Assembly (NCBI GenBank): GCA_963717525.1
Contig: OY970343.1
Coordinates: forward strand, 2,048,001 to 2,112,000
DNA length: 64,000 nucleotides
Source of the DNA: an uncultured Methanoregulaceae archaeon
Lineage (GTDB): Archaea; Halobacteriota; Methanomicrobia; Methanomicrobiales; Methanospirillaceae
Direction: 5' to 3'
A model generated the notes under the pieces. That model had not been told where the DNA came from. It did not search any database and worked only from the letters and a program-made list of their open reading frames with translations. How positions within the stretch are numbered: the stretch's first letter is position 1; each line of letters opens with the position of its first letter. This document shows positions 62,477 to 64,000 of this stretch, one piece after another. The translations under genes were made by a program, and so were the position numbers.

Positions 62477-63770
62477 ATGAGATACCATATCACAATTGCA
62501 CTCCTACTTCTCGTGGCAGCCCTGTGCGTTATACCCGTCTTGGGCCAGGAGAAATACCAGGGGGGCTCCCCGCAGATATCGGCCTACATTGCCGGGACAA
62601 ACGAGTTTTCCCCGGGCCAGGATGCCACGATCACGGTGGTCATCCAGAACAGCGGGACAGCCGCGGTGATGTTCATCAACCAGGGAACCCTGCCACAGGC
62701 CGATCTCCCCACGACTGCCAAGCTGGTCACGGTGGGCCTTTCTTCAGGTGGGGCGCCGATCAACATCACGACCGGCACCCAGACCCTGGGAGATATCCAG
62801 AGTCCCGGGATCACCAGTGCCAGTTTCTCGGCCACGATCACGTCTGACGCGAACCTTGGGTCCTACACGCTCCCCCTGACCGTGCAGTACCTCGTACCTT
62901 TCCAACAGCCTCGCCAACCAGCCCACGAGTGACCAGGTCCAGTCCGTGTACACCCCCGTGACCGTAACGATCCCGCTCAATATTACGATAGAACCGGTCG
63001 TCCAGATCGACGTGCTTGATGCCGAGGCGTCGGGCCTGGCCGTGGGAACTGAGGGCTACATCAACCTGACGATCCAGAATACCGGGTACCAGGACGGGAC
63101 ACAGGCCACTGTTCAGATCCTGCAGCACGGTGCCAGCGCGATCATCCCGACCGATGACAGCGTCTATATTGGGGACTTCCCGCGGGGCGGGATTGTCACC
63201 TGCCTGTACAAGGTCGCCGTCTCCAGCGATGCGCAGCAGCAGACTTACCCGGTCGATGTGGAGGTGACCTACACGAACTCGGATGGTAATACGGTGACCT
63301 CTGCGATCGATACGGTCGGCATCCCGGTGGCTGCCAGACTCTCCTTTGCGGTCATCTCGCCCCCGGCGGTGATTACCCAGGGTTCCGATAGCATGATCGA
63401 TGTGGTATACCAGAATACGGGCGCGATCACCGCAAACAACGCCGAGGCACGGCTCTCGACCTACGGACCGCTTTCCAGCGCGGATACCCTCGCCTACCTC
63501 GGCGATATCCCGCCCGGCGGGAACGTGACCGCCCATTACGCAATCAGCGTTGCAAGCGATGCGGCTCCCGGAACCTATCCCCTGAATACCGAAGTCAGGT
63601 ACCGCGATGCCCTCGATAACAGCCAGGTCTCCGATACCTTCACCGCAAACGTTCAGGTGAACGCCCGCCCGCCCGCATCACCCCTCATCCTGATCGTTGA
63701 GATCTTCATTGTCGCAATGGTGATCGTGGCTGCCGGCTACTATGTGGTTGTCGTGAGGAAGAAGCGGTGA
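62477..63770 (+). CDS. COG1361 S-layer-domain protein, +1 frameshift near 62891
   Basis: Signal peptide, repeated Ig-like I.N.G/YxGD units, C-terminal TM plus RKKR. Removing one C gives VQYSYLSN. Confidence 0.8.
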
Positions 63771-64000
63771 AGTTTGGTTGGAATGGGGCGCTCCCGGCGC
63801 CCGGCATACGGACGATCCGGGATATGCGTGGCGTCCTGGCAAATCCGCGCTGCCCGGCAAGCGGGCCCCTCTATTACATGTATCGCGACCTCGCCCGATC
63901 AGCGGCGGACCGGCGCTGGCTTGCCGACCAGCAGCTCCGTTACGACATCACCGTTATTCCTCCCTTTGATCTCTGTGGTGAGTACGTCAAGACCAAGGGG
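63767..64000 (+). CDS. Cupin-type glucose-6-phosphate isomerase family, partial
   Basis: GTG at 63767 overlaps the upstream TGA. PLYYMYRDL...LRYDITVIPP...GEYVKTKG runs off the window. Confidence 0.85.
   Translation, partial: MKFGWNGALPAPGIRTIRDMRGVLANPRCPASGPLYYMYRDLARSAADRRWLADQQLRYDITVIPPFDLCGEYVKTKG

Noticed and set aside
6810..63770. Widespread pseudogenisation or programmed frameshifting (cdc48, Lhr, TadC, atpH, atpE, pgk, TfoX-like, S-layer)
   Set aside because: Each break is a single-base indel in an otherwise intact gene, several of them essential. There are no consistent slippery-site signals, and most lie in short homopolymers or beside GTAC. Sequencing or consensus error is the simpler explanation.

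Overview
This 64-kb window looks like a methanogenic archaeon, most likely Methanomicrobiales (Methanoregula-like). The lineage is inferred from the gene set, not from a search. The GC-rich backbone holds housekeeping genes: R15P isomerase, dapF, radB, larC, cdc48, an Lhr-like helicase, tRNA-Ser(CGA), thermosome, prs, lonB, tldD/pmbA, a KaiC pair with type IV pilus genes, the A1A0 ATP synthase operon, pgk, rlmH and class II lysS. Two accessory blocks interrupt it. (1) 9477-16432 is a type I R-M locus with an antisense RelBE-type toxin-antitoxin pair between hsdR and hsdM, and a translationally coupled AT-rich HD-domain gene. (2) The main discovery is a complete 6325-bp transposon at 22743-29067. 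It has 61-bp bipartite terminal inverted repeats starting GGTTCTGTTGCGTCT, a perfect 8-bp target duplication (CCCTTAGT) and one internal SWIM/Zn-ribbon IS6-like transposase. Its cargo is defence-like: an HNH nuclease, a putative type II REase plus m4C MTase, AbrB, a PIN protein and a Panacea-like protein. Also seen are a 247-bp structured non-coding element present twice, and about 11 single-base frameshifts that are probably sequencing errors. Four of these add a base directly next to GTAC, possibly a methylation footprint of the transposon-borne MTase.
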